Source: an uncultured Acidobacteriota bacterium (GTDB lineage: Bacteria; Acidobacteriota; Terriglobia; UBA7540). Taken from it: DNA of 64,000 nt. Shown piece by piece: positions 19,934-29,579 of the stretch; the first letter of the stretch is position 1; each line of letters starts with the position of its first letter. The notes under the pieces are model-generated. The model had not been told where the DNA came from and ran no database searches. It saw nothing but the letters and a program-made list of their open reading frames with translations. The translations under genes and the position numbers were made by a program. Location: positions 1,504,001-1,568,000 of the forward strand of contig CAWDSK010000006.1 of assembly GCA_963804995.1 (NCBI GenBank), written 5' to 3'.

Positions 19934-20581
19934 ATGAAGCGGATCGCTACGATTATTTTCATTGTCGCTTGCCTGGCAATGGTGGGTTATTGGGCATGGA
20001 CCGGCCACCGGAAAGTGAACCCCGTGGAAACGCCGGCTAAGGTTGAAGCGAACCTGCCGCCACTCACTCTGGAGCAAATTGCCTCTTTAGACCAGCAGAC
20101 CTTCGAACATTCTTTGCCGCAATTGCGGCAGGCGATCAGACCACCAGGCCCCCCATCTGGTGCGGACCAGGAAACGTTGGCAGCGATAGCTGGTAAATTG
20201 CGCCAAACCGGCGAGTCAACCCCGGATTATTGGCCAACGGTTCTGCGATTTATTGAATTCGAAAGTTCCAGGATGGCGCCGAACGCACCCCCGCCGGGGC
20301 AACCACCCAGGGTTTTAAGCAACATTCTATCGAGAGGCTTGATGCGAGGCATACGAGTAAAAGGTATCACCATGCTGTTCGACGGGGGAAACCTGGGAAA
20401 TGGCGAGCTTACAAATTGCCGGGTAATCTTCACGCAGGATCCGCTCCGGCTGAGAAATACTTTTTTCAAAAACTGTGTCTTTGAGTTTCCGGTTACCGAT
20501 ACGCCCAGCCCCTTCCTAAAAAAGTTCTGCCAGTTAGTGCTATCTTCAAACCTTGGCCTGGTTTCAATTGAATCACTCTGA
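19934..20581 (+). CDS. Hypothetical membrane-anchored protein
   Basis: ATG followed by a basic/hydrophobic anchor 'MKRIATIIFIVACLAMVGYWAW'. Confidence 0.65.
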   Translation: MKRIATIIFIVACLAMVGYWAWTGHRKVNPVETPAKVEANLPPLTLEQIASLDQQTFEHSLPQLRQAIRPPGPPSGADQETLAAIAGKLRQTGESTPDYWPTVLRFIEFESSRMAPNAPPPGQPPRVLSNILSRGLMRGIRVKGITMLFDGGNLGNGELTNCRVIFTQDPLRLRNTFFKNCVFEFPVTDTPSPFLKKFCQLVLSSNLGLVSIESL

Positions 20582-20653
20582 TTGGACCTGCCCCCGAAAA
20601 CTGTCCCCGTGGGTGGAGTGAGATGAAGTTTGCCTTAGTCTGTACAGTTTGAT

Positions 20654-20722
20654 GTAGAGGCGGCGGCATTCATCCCGATCTTATCGGTACGCCGCCCTAT
20701 GGCGAGGTAATCTCGCCGCTAC
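20654..20722 (+). repeat. GTAG...CTAC REP-like element
   Basis: Near-identical copy at 36552-36620; flanked by the IR CAGTTTGATG/CATCAAACTG. Confidence 0.75.
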
Positions 20723-20893
20723 ATCATCAAACTGAGGCACTTCCAACCTGGCTGGCCACTTGCGCACGGAAGTGGTCTGGTCTAAGCTATAGACAGGGCA
20801 GTAGATTAAACAAATAAATCTTGCATCAGCGGTCCGAATTCGGGAATTCGGATACCTTTTGCTACCCGCGTGAAGACCGCGAGAGGAGAAGCA

Positions 20894-21268
20894 ATGCCGA
20901 CGAGTGCACAGAGGTTTGAATCGAGGAGCTTGAATTCACCGGACGAGGTGCGGAAGTTCGACAAGGGCAAGGTGGAGCTTGTGAAAGTGGCCGGAGCCAC
21001 CATCGGTCGCGCTACGTTTGAGCCCGGCTGGAAGTGGTCTACTTGCCTTAAACTGCTCGCCCAGACGAACAGTTGCCAGGCCGCGCATTTTGGCTACCAG
21101 GTCTCGGGGACAATGACCACACGGATGGATGACGGCACCGAAAGGATTTCGAAGGCAGGGGACGTCCTCAGCATTCCCCCCGGACACGACGCCTGGGTGG
21201 TCGGAAGCGAGCCGGTAGTGGTCGTCGACTTCCAGGGCATGGTCGATTACGCCAGACAGAGTAAATAA
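20894..21268 (+). CDS. Cupin domain protein
   Basis: RBS GAGGAG; 'FEPGWKWS', 'CQAAHFGY', 'IPPGHDAWVVG'. Confidence 0.85.
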   Translation: MPTSAQRFESRSLNSPDEVRKFDKGKVELVKVAGATIGRATFEPGWKWSTCLKLLAQTNSCQAAHFGYQVSGTMTTRMDDGTERISKAGDVLSIPPGHDAWVVGSEPVVVVDFQGMVDYARQSK

Positions 21269-21329
21269 GCGGGTCGCGGTGGCGCTGCGCTACCTGATGT
21301 GAGGGCTAAGCACGGGGTCACCGTGACGC

Positions 21330-22109
21330 CTATTTTTCTGGCGGCTTTTCCTTTTCGTATGCGGCCAGGGCTAGTATCGCCAACCGCCGGGCATCCTCAT
21401 CATCGGGATCGAGTTTGCTCGCCTTTTGCGCAAACAGCAGGGCCTTTCCGCGCGCCGCCCAGTTCATCTTCCCCCAGTCGATCCCCAGGTAAACGAGCGC
21501 GAGACAATAGTTGACCATGAAGTTGTCGGGAATAAGTTCGACCGCCGCCAGCAAGTGTTTCTCGGCCTTGTCCCACTCTTTCGCATCTGTGTAGATTGTC
21601 CCCAGGCGTGAATGCGCTCCCACCGCTTGCTGCGAACCCAGTTGGCCCGCCAGAGCCTTCTCATAATGGGCGGCGGCCTCCGTCCAGCGGCCCTGCTCCC
21701 AGTAGCTACCGGCCAGGTTGAAGTGAGCCTCCGGCCGCTCGGGGTCTGCTTCGATGGCTTGCTGGTATTCAGTTATCGCTTCATCCTCACGGCCCATCTT
21801 GGATAGCAGATTGCCCAGGCTGAAGTGAGAGTGATAATCGCGGGGATTCAAGCGCAGGGCTTCATGGTATTCACCGAGCGCTTCCTCGTGCTCTCCTTTC
21901 ATCGCCAGAGCAATCGCCAGGTTGCAGTGGAACATCTCATCCGAAGGTTTCAACCGGATGGCTTCATGATACTCAGCAATAGCCGCATCGAGCTTGCCCT
22001 GCTCCCGATAGGCGTTTCCCAGATTGTTGTGATAGTCCGGCTCGCCTGGCTTGCCATATTTTCTCGCCAGATCTTCAAATACGCTCCCGGCAGATTCCTC
22101 TTGCGGCAT
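21330..22109 (-). CDS. Tetratricopeptide repeat protein
   Basis: Repeated 34-aa units 'HNNLGNAY...AIAEYHEAIRLKP'. Confidence 0.9.
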   Translation of the reverse strand: MPQEESAGSVFEDLARKYGKPGEPDYHNNLGNAYREQGKLDAAIAEYHEAIRLKPSDEMFHCNLAIALAMKGEHEEALGEYHEALRLNPRDYHSHFSLGNLLSKMGREDEAITEYQQAIEADPERPEAHFNLAGSYWEQGRWTEAAAHYEKALAGQLGSQQAVGAHSRLGTIYTDAKEWDKAEKHLLAAVELIPDNFMVNYCLALVYLGIDWGKMNWAARGKALLFAQKASKLDPDDEDARRLAILALAAYEKEKPPEK

Positions 22110-22201
22110 TTCTTCCTACCTCCCTCATGGAATGGCGCTACCGGCTCAAACGGGAGTTGGACGCGGTTGGCGCCCCGATGCATCGGGGCGCCGCCCCTGC
22201 C

Positions 22202-22504
22202 TTATAGCAACTGCACGCTGAGCCCGGGTATTTTTGGGAAGCTGCGTTCGTCGCGGGTGGCCACGGTGGATTGCTTCGCCGTCAGGCGCTCCACGAGGGC
22301 CAGATACTCCTTATCCGGCTGGGGGAGTGAACGGAGCAGGTCAGCCAGCTCTCTGCCACTGAACTTCGCCAGCCGGGCCGGTAGAATTTCGCAGATGGGC
22401 TTTCCTCCGCGTTCCACCACAAAACTCTCGCCCCGGTAGTGGACCCTGTTCATCAACTCGGAAAATCTGCGAGCGGTTTCCGTCGCGGGAATACGTATTT
22501 TCAT
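22202..22504 (-). pseudogene. Phd/YefM-like antitoxin fused by deletion to the tail of a VapC/PIN toxin
   Basis: N-terminus 'IPATETARRFSELMNRV...VVERGGKPI'; C-terminus 'VATRDERSFPKIPGLSV' is typical of a PIN-domain end. Confidence 0.6.
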
Positions 22505-22822
22505 AAAATCTGATTTACATATTTCCCCCGAGGCTGTCAAGTCCCCGGGGTGGGCAAGGGACGCGCAATTTCCTTTTCCGGGTTCCTACCCATCGCCGAA
22601 AATGAGGCGCGCCCGGTGCTTCCTGGACGCCTGCGCCCGCCAGCCGTCTCAGCGATACTTGCGGGTTTGGAGTAGTGCTTTGACCTCATCGTGATTTCCG
22701 AGGAAGGAGACGAACAAGTCCAAGGGCCGGAGAGCCTTTATACAGTCTCTAGAGAGCCTCGTTAATTCCCTCCCACCCCCAGGGCAGTCCCGCCGGCAAT
22801 ATTTCTGTCACCGCGACCGGGA

Positions 22823-23248
22823 TCAGTGGGTTTGCCTCTTGCCCACCCAGAGGAGGTCGATGGGCTCGTGTTTTGAGAGTTGCCACAGCTCGGGGTCGCC
22901 CGTCACCAGGATGGCGTTCTGTTCCCGGGCTGTTTCCACAGCAAAGGCGTCCGCGTAAGAAATGGGGTAACGGCTCTTCAAACGCGCCGCCCCCAGAATC
23001 AATCTTCGGTCGGGGAGGAGCGCTTGAATCGGCATCATGGCGAGGTCGGCAAGGAAACGCTCCGCGGGTGCGGCGCCGTGGCGCTTCGCGATCAGGTAGA
23101 AGACTTCGCCGACGTTGATCAGCGAGATGCTGACCCTGGATTCGCCGCGCGCCGCCTGCTCCAGAAGATCGCGCACTTTGGCGCGGGCCGGCTCTTCGCC
23201 CTGGAGCCAACCCATCAGCGCCCAGGAATCAAGAACGCTTGCGGTCAC
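22823..23248 (-). CDS. vapC: VapC/PIN-domain toxin
   Basis: 'VLDSWAL', 'INVGEV', 'ISYADAF', 'LVTGDPE' acidic PIN residues. Confidence 0.9.
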   Translation of the reverse strand: MTASVLDSWALMGWLQGEEPARAKVRDLLEQAARGESRVSISLINVGEVFYLIAKRHGAAPAERFLADLAMMPIQALLPDRRLILGAARLKSRYPISYADAFAVETAREQNAILVTGDPELWQLSKHEPIDLLWVGKRQTH

Positions 23249-23471
23249 GCGTCAACTCCTTTCGCCGGTTTCGTGCCAGATCCCCCAGGAGATCGGAACC
23301 TCTAAAGCGCCCCTCCCACGCCCGCCAGTCCCCCGTTTCCACTTTCCGCAAGATCACCTCATCGCCTTCAACTCTCACCGTCAGGGAAGCGCCCTCATCC
23401 AGACCCAATTGCTTTCGGACCTGTTTGGGAAGAGCGAGTTGTCCTCTCGAGGATAAACGGGCTTTCAGCAT
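23229..23471 (-). CDS. AbrB/MazE/SpoVT-family antitoxin
   Basis: 'LSSRGQLALPKQVRKQLGL'; overlaps vapC. Confidence 0.9.
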   Translation of the reverse strand: MLKARLSSRGQLALPKQVRKQLGLDEGASLTVRVEGDEVILRKVETGDWRAWEGRFRGSDLLGDLARNRRKELTRDRKRS

Positions 23472-23646
23472 GGCCTCTGCCTCCTGTCTTATTTTATTGT
23501 AAGACGGAAAATAATTCAAGATCTCTACGGAGTGTAGCGTGGGTACCTCATCAGAGGAGCGCAGCGCGACGGGGCCGCAACCAAACTAGAAAAGGTGCTG
23601 CTAGTTCCATAGTTTGGTGCAGGTCCGCTCATTGGGAGGTGAAGTA

Positions 23647-23772
23647 ACCCCTCACCCGTCCCGCCTCCCGATAGAATGCATCGGGACGGCGGTCCACCCC
23701 TCGGAGAGGGCGGTTTGACTTCCAACCTTCTCCCAGGGGAGAAGGTGCTGAGGTACGAAGCGGATGAGGGGT
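23647..23772 (+). repeat. CCCTCACCC-family REP-like repeat
   Basis: ACCCCTCACCCGTCCCGC...GGTCCACCC shared with the 7032 copy; closes with ATGAGGGGT. Confidence 0.65.
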
Positions 23773-23902
23773 TCCTTGGATCGAAGTCGCGACTTTCAAT
23801 GCGCCCCCCAAAATGTTTGCCAAGACAACAAGAATCTACGACCTTGCAATGCAGAGTACGCGTAACCCTGGGATGCCCGAGACGGCCACACCCCAAGGCG
23901 AA

Positions 23903-24721
23903 TCACCATAGGTGATAATAGCCGTCGCGGCGCGCCACTTGTACGGGAAGACCAAACAGTTCGGTAAGGCGCTCCGTGGTCAAATGCTCGCTTTTGGGGC
24001 CATCGGCAAAAACGCGACCCTGGCGCAGCAGAATCACGCGATCAATTTCCGGAAGGATGTCCGGAAGATGATGCGTCACCATCACGATTCCCGTCCCGGC
24101 CTGCGCCAGTTTTCGCAAAATGTCCCGGAGTTCCAGGGCCGCGCGAAAATCCAGGCTATTGCTGGGCTCATCCAGCAACAGCGCCAGCGGATCATGCACC
24201 AAGGCGCGGCCGATGAGCAGTCGATGCGCCTCGCCCGACGACATCCCGGTCATCTCACGCTCGGCAAGATGCTGAGCCTCCAAAAGCTCCAGCACCTGCT
24301 GGGTTTTATCCAGCATCGCCGCGGTGACTTCGTGATAAGGCTGAGTCCCGATGCTGCCGAAGAACCCCGAGAGCACTATCTCCCGCCCGGTGATCTCTCG
24401 CGTGCAGCGCCACATTAATTCGTTCGAAACCACTCCCAACAAGGGGCGCAACTCGAAGATGTCCCAGGTATCGCGTCCCAGGATGGTCAGTGACGATTCG
24501 GGCTCTGCCAGCGGGTAGCACTCGCGCGTAATGGTCTTGATCAGCGTCGATTTTCCGCATCCGTTCGGTCCCAGGATCGCGACATGCTCCCCCGCCCCGA
24601 TCGTGAGGGTAATGTCGTCAAGCACGCGTTGGCCACCCAGCATGACGGAGACGTGATGAAAAGCGAGCAGCGCGGGAACTGGGGTGGGAATCACAGGTTT
24701 TGTACTCGGTGTCAGGACCAT
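23903..24721 (-). CDS. ABC transporter ATP-binding protein (ModF-like)
   Basis: Walker A GPNGCGKST, signature 'MSSGE', Walker B LLLDEP, H-loop VTHH. Confidence 0.9.
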   Translation of the reverse strand: MVLTPSTKPVIPTPVPALLAFHHVSVMLGGQRVLDDITLTIGAGEHVAILGPNGCGKSTLIKTITRECYPLAEPESSLTILGRDTWDIFELRPLLGVVSNELMWRCTREITGREIVLSGFFGSIGTQPYHEVTAAMLDKTQQVLELLEAQHLAEREMTGMSSGEAHRLLIGRALVHDPLALLLDEPSNSLDFRAALELRDILRKLAQAGTGIVMVTHHLPDILPEIDRVILLRQGRVFADGPKSEHLTTERLTELFGLPVQVARRDGYYHLW

Positions 24722-24914
24722 CCGAAAGTATACACGACGCGAAGCGCGAGACGGAAGCGCGTAGCGCGGGTGGTGCACCTACTGCCTTTTCGGTTTGCGA
24801 CCCACTAACCCGGGAAATATTTCTGTCACCGCGTCCTGTCTGTAACCTTTTGTTGGCTTTTTAATCGTCGCCGACATGATATGTCCACCGCGGCGGGTCG
24901 GCGCCAGGCTGTGG

Positions 24915-25262
24915 TCAGATGTACCGTATTTGGTTCTCGATCTCGTCCGCGGTCAGGGAGTCGAGGAGAATCAGAATGCGTTGAGATAATTCCTTGGGGG
25001 GCCGCCGAACCGCGATGATGATTCCGGCGTGAGGCTTCTTCTCCTCAAAGTATCTTTGCGCCAGAGCTTCGAAGTGCACCCGATTGTGCGTCAGAATCGC
25101 TTTCCCTTGGCTCGTGGCAAAAGCCAACTGATTTGCATCAGTTGTCCCTTTTTGTCCAGCCGCTTGCGTGGTCGTCACCTGAAAGCCCCGGGCGCGTAGC
25201 AAGTCCGCAATCAACACGTTCACGTCTTCGTCAAGGTACAAGTCGATGAAGAGCCGACTCAA
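24915..25262 (-). CDS. DUF5615 PIN-like toxin
   Basis: 'LYLDEDV', 'D..QLAFA', 'ILTHNRVHF', 'HAGIII'. Confidence 0.85.
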   Translation of the reverse strand: MSRLFIDLYLDEDVNVLIADLLRARGFQVTTTQAAGQKGTTDANQLAFATSQGKAILTHNRVHFEALAQRYFEEKKPHAGIIIAVRRPPKELSQRILILLDSLTADEIENQIRYI

Positions 25263-25540
25263 AGATTGGGCACCAGCGGATCAATTTGGTGGGGCGGAAT
25301 CCGGTTCCGTTCGATGTGGGCGTTGATTTCTTCCTTATGGTCGCTATAGTAACAGAGGGCATCGAAAACCTGTGCCAGAGTCAGATGGGGCAAGGCGCTG
25401 GGGATCTCTTCTGCGGCCACGCCCAACCGCCAAGTTTCGACAATCGCCCGGACCGGCGTGCGAGTGCCAAGGATGATCGGCTCGCCGCCCAGGATCTGAG
25501 GGTCATTAACGATGTATCGGTGCCCCGTTGCAGTCGTCAT
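25259..25540 (-). CDS. DUF433 antitoxin-like protein
   Basis: 'DPQILGGEPIILGTRTPVRAI', 'PHLTLAQVFDALCYY'; coupled to DUF5615. Confidence 0.9.
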   Translation of the reverse strand: MTTATGHRYIVNDPQILGGEPIILGTRTPVRAIVETWRLGVAAEEIPSALPHLTLAQVFDALCYYSDHKEEINAHIERNRIPPHQIDPLVPNL

Positions 25541-25745
25541 TTTGTGCCTCGACAAATTATAACCTACCTGCGTATTGAGGAGAAATTGCTTTTCATTGTT
25601 CAGAATGGCACACAAAAGTCACAAGTCCCGAAGAGAACGCAGCGCGGACGTGTGCTGCCGCCTCATGCCGGGTAGCATGGAGTTTGTGTATCTTCAGAAG
25701 TAGCTGGGGAAGTAAGTCCTCGGAGTTTCGGTGTAGAATCCCCGC

Positions 25746-27509
25746 ATGGATTCCCCGCCGGCGGTGTGGAGTCGGATCAGAAATGGGATTTGGGAGACGG
25801 GGCTGCTCCTGGTCCTGCCTCTGGCATTCCATCGGGGATTTGCCGAGCAGTTTTCCACTCCTAAATTCTTCCTCGCGAAGTGCCTGCTCATTACCGGCCT
25901 GGCGGTTTGGGCCATCGGGTTGATTTGGCGGCCACGGACCCGGCCCAGAAGATTCCCTCTCGGATTGCCGCTGCTGGCCTTCAGTGTTGCGGCGCTGGTT
26001 TCTTGCCTGAACAGCCCCTCACCCCGTTTCAGTATTCTCGAAGTTGAATTTGCGCTTTGCGGTCCTGCCTGGGTTCTGCTGCTGGTTTCCTGGGAGAGGG
26101 GCGAATCAGCCGTGCGCAGAATTGCCATCCTGACCGCATCGGCCGGGGCACTGGTGGCGGCGATTACGTTGCTGCAACGATGGGGATACGACCCCGTGCT
26201 CCTCGGCGGCTATCAGGTCGAGTGGGGCACGATGGTCGCGCGCATGCGTCTGTACTCAACCTTCGGGAATCCCAACTTTGTGGGCGGCTACCTGATTGGA
26301 GCCGTCTTCCCCGCCCTGGCTCTGGGCACAGTCGCGAGAGCGCGTCGGGCTAAAGTCATTTGGTTCGGCCTCGCCTTGGTCATGGGGATTGCCGTACTCC
26401 TCACGGGATCGCGCGGCGCGTGGCTCGGGCTGGTCGCGGGCTTGTTGGTCGCGTCGCTGCTGCTGATTGCAAGGAGCGGATTATCGCGATTGCGGCCGCC
26501 CGTCAAACAGGCGTCCACGGGAATGTGTCTTTGGCCCTGGCCGACTGCGCTGCTGGCTCTCACCCTGGTGGAGCGCTTGGCGGCGCAGCTCCACGGCAGG
26601 GTCTACCTGTGGCGCTTCAGTTGGCCTCTGTTTTGGGAACACCCGATTCTGGGTTCGGGTTGGGGCGCTTACCAACTTCTCTATCTGGACCTTCAGGCAA
26701 AGTTTCTGGCTGCGCACCCTGAAGACGTTGGCTTTTGGACGAACAATCGGCTACTCCACAACGACCCGCTGCAATTGCTGCTGGAGGCGGGATTGGCCGG
26801 TTTCGCGGCGTTCCTCTGGATTCTTTGGAATTACGCGCGGGAGGCAAAACGCTTGCTGGTGCAATCCGATGAGCCTTGGACACGATACGCGATGGCCGCG
26901 AGTGCGGGTGGGGTGACGGCCATCCTGATGGACTCGCTCTTTAACTACCAGTTCGCGGTTCCACCCACCTTCATTCTGTTGTTCACGCTGCTGGCGTTTC
27001 CCGCTTTGCTTCGAGAGGTCAGCATGGGAAGCGCAGACCCGCCTGCAACGACCCTGGTTCTCAACCTTGGGTCTTGGCCATCGATAGTGAAGGCGGTGGT
27101 CTCGATGCTGATTTTGGCGGCGGCGGTGGGGCTCCTACAACATGAGACTCGCTGGCTGCTTTCGGAACGCGAATACGAGACGGCCACAGTCCTTGAAGAT
27201 CGAAATGATTTGAGGAGTGCGGAAGAAGCCTATCGACACAGTATCGCGCTTAACGTATTAAACGGGCGGGCGCACTTTGGCTTGAGTAGAGTGCTTTACC
27301 AGACCAATCATTTTCCGGAAGCGCTGCGCGAAGTCGTGCTGGGCGAGCAGACTTATGCCGACTTACATCAGGAGGTGCTGCGCGCTCGAATCCTGGACCA
27401 GATGAATAACCGCGTGGAGGCGCTCGCTGCTTACCGCCACGCCCTGTGGCTTGACCCTACCTTGACAACCCCCCAAGAGGGTATCCAAAGGCTTAGTAAG
27501 GAGCAATAA
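25746..27509 (+). CDS. O-antigen ligase-family (Wzy_C) membrane protein with C-terminal TPRs
   Basis: 'STFGNPN', 'TGSRGAW', 'R..LW', 'HPILGSGWG', 'HNDPLQLLLEAG', TPR tail. Confidence 0.85.
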   Translation: MDSPPAVWSRIRNGIWETGLLLVLPLAFHRGFAEQFSTPKFFLAKCLLITGLAVWAIGLIWRPRTRPRRFPLGLPLLAFSVAALVSCLNSPSPRFSILEVEFALCGPAWVLLLVSWERGESAVRRIAILTASAGALVAAITLLQRWGYDPVLLGGYQVEWGTMVARMRLYSTFGNPNFVGGYLIGAVFPALALGTVARARRAKVIWFGLALVMGIAVLLTGSRGAWLGLVAGLLVASLLLIARSGLSRLRPPVKQASTGMCLWPWPTALLALTLVERLAAQLHGRVYLWRFSWPLFWEHPILGSGWGAYQLLYLDLQAKFLAAHPEDVGFWTNNRLLHNDPLQLLLEAGLAGFAAFLWILWNYAREAKRLLVQSDEPWTRYAMAASAGGVTAILMDSLFNYQFAVPPTFILLFTLLAFPALLREVSMGSADPPATTLVLNLGSWPSIVKAVVSMLILAAAVGLLQHETRWLLSEREYETATVLEDRNDLRSAEEAYRHSIALNVLNGRAHFGLSRVLYQTNHFPEALREVVLGEQTYADLHQEVLRARILDQMNNRVEALAAYRHALWLDPTLTTPQEGIQRLSKEQ

Positions 27510-27689
27510 GGTGCCCTGGAGGGGGGTTCCGCGCATGGACATTATGTCCGCGAGGGACAAGATATCCTGTCCCAGAAGTGCGCCTCCGCGGGGCATAGCG
27601 CGCGTTGTCCCACCACAAATCTGGGGTTCAGGTGAACATTGCGTCCCACCGCATTTCGCGAAACCACGGCCCCCAATTTTCAGAAGGCA

Positions 27690-28581
27690 TCACTTCTGAG
27701 CACTCAAAATCTTCCACATCGTACCAAAGAAGATATTGTCCTGCGAGGCCTTGGGCACGCCGCAGGCATCCAGCATTTTGTGGTAGCGCTCGAGTTCCCG
27801 ATCGAACTCCTCGAGCTCGCCATTGAAGACGTCGGAGCCGAAGACCAATCGCTCAAAAGCATTCGCGCCACCGGCTGGAGTGTGAGGACTCACCACGCCC
27901 GACCACCAGAAGATTGTCTTCCAGAAAGTAGGATCATCCTGTTTCTTGATCAGCGAGGAACCGGAGAGGTCGAAGTAGAGATTGAAATTCCAGCGCGAGA
28001 TCTTCCGCCGCCCAGGCGTAGTCGGGATTCCCCAAATGCGCGCCGATAATGGTCAGCTTCGGAAAGCGCCGGGCGATACCGTCGAGCGTTGTGGGTCGAA
28101 TGCGGTCCACGCTGATGTCCGAGGGGATTTCGGGAGTGGGCCGGGCCAGGATTCCGGTATGAAAGAGAAGGATCATCCCGTATTTTTCCGCGCGCTCGTA
28201 AATGGGCCAGTAACTGCGGTCGTCATAATTTTTAAGCGTGCCGGATAGCTCGCCCAAGCCCCGGAAGCCCGCCTCGTGAAAGACATCCACCAGTTGCACG
28301 GCGAGGGGATCATCAAGCTGGATCTCTCCCATTCCCACCAGCCGTTTGGGATGCTTGGCGATGAAAGATTTGGTCATCTCGAGGTCTCTGGGCTGCGTCA
28401 AGAGAAGCGCCATCCCATCCACGGAATCGAGTTTGGCGACGACTTTTTCGAGGAATGCGGGATCACCATTATTATGGAAATGGGCGTCAATCAGACGAGG
28501 CGGACTACTCTGCGCCAGCAACGATCCAAGGCTGGCCAGGAAGATCGTCAGAACAAACGAAAGGCGACAACGTAGATTCAT
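27690..28581 (-). CDS. Amidohydrolase family protein (frameshift near 28003)
   Basis: 'IDAHFH', 'FHTG', 'GAHLG'; after a one-base shift continues 'NLYFDLSG...LVFGSD' into ORF 27690-27896. Confidence 0.8.
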
Positions 28582-28968
28582 AGGGCACCTATTTCAAAGT
28601 TGTATTTGTGTTCACGTCCATTACCCGGCGCGAAGCCACCTATTGTGGTCACGACACGTAGCGATTGCAAGCTCGAAGTGACGGAAGATTTTCCACGCCG
28701 CCCCCCTGACCTCGTCAACCCCGAAGTGTTGAGCCAGGGCGAGTAGGCAGTAACGACTCCCGGGTAGCATCGGCGCGCTGGTTGGAACATTGGGGCAGTT
28801 TGATTTGCGGGGTCTTCTTCGGGCCGGGGAGGGGCGCCGGGATCCGCTGCCCGGACTTGGGGTAGTTGGCTCCCGACTGGCATTCTCTTCATTCCAATTG
28901 CCAGCCACCGTCTTCCGAATTCTCCTTCGTCGCGAAGCGGCTGTTCTGGGCTTTTCGGCCCTTACCAA

Positions 28969-29352
28969 CTGGACACATTGTCATCCTGTTTTACCATTTT
29001 TCATATCGTTGCTAACCGTATTTGTTTTCAATAACCTCTCAGCTTTGGCAAACAGAAATCGCGAGTTGACGCGCTTTGTTTTCAATATGTTCTCAGCTTT
29101 GGGCGTTTTGGGCATCCAGCGACACATTGTCGACTAAGAATGAACAGCTCAGACGGTGCGTTTTCGGTCTCATATTTACGCTTCACTGCGGGGCCTCCCC
29201 ACGGTGCGTTCCACGCCCAGTCCTTCCGACAGTCGGCGCAGCCGGATTATACCAATCAGTAACGCTTAGTGTCAAGCTTGATTGTAGCGGGGGTGAACTG
29301 AGGGAAGCAGGGCCTCCACCTTCGCCGGGATCCCTGAAATCAGTCGCTCCGG
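28969..29352 (-). repeat. ~400-bp non-coding promoter-bearing element, copy 2
   Basis: Reverse complement of 17877-18274; promoter at 29246-29275 on the minus strand. Confidence 0.9.
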
Positions 29353-29379
29353 CGGCAAACTGCACCACTACCTCGCCGG

Positions 29380-29493
29380 GGGTAGTGGTGTCATTTGGTG
29401 TGGCATGGCCGACCTGCCCCGATCCATCGGGGTCTTGGCCGTGACCCTTCACGGGCGGGACGCCCGTGGCACTTCCAAATGACACCACTACCC
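29380..29493. repeat. Small MITE/REP-like element with 19-bp terminal IR
   Basis: GGGTAGTGGTGTCATTTGG ... CCAAATGACACCACTACCC. Confidence 0.7.
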
Positions 29494-29579
29494 TCGCCGG
29501 GCCCTCCCTTCCGCTCTCGCTGAGCCTGTGATAGACTTTCATATTTCCGACATGGAAGCTTAACCTTTGGAGTACCTTC

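Noticed and set aside
20583..20622. TGGACCTGCCCCCGAAAA as an IS3-family end
   Set aside because: Resemblance only; no partner IR or transposase
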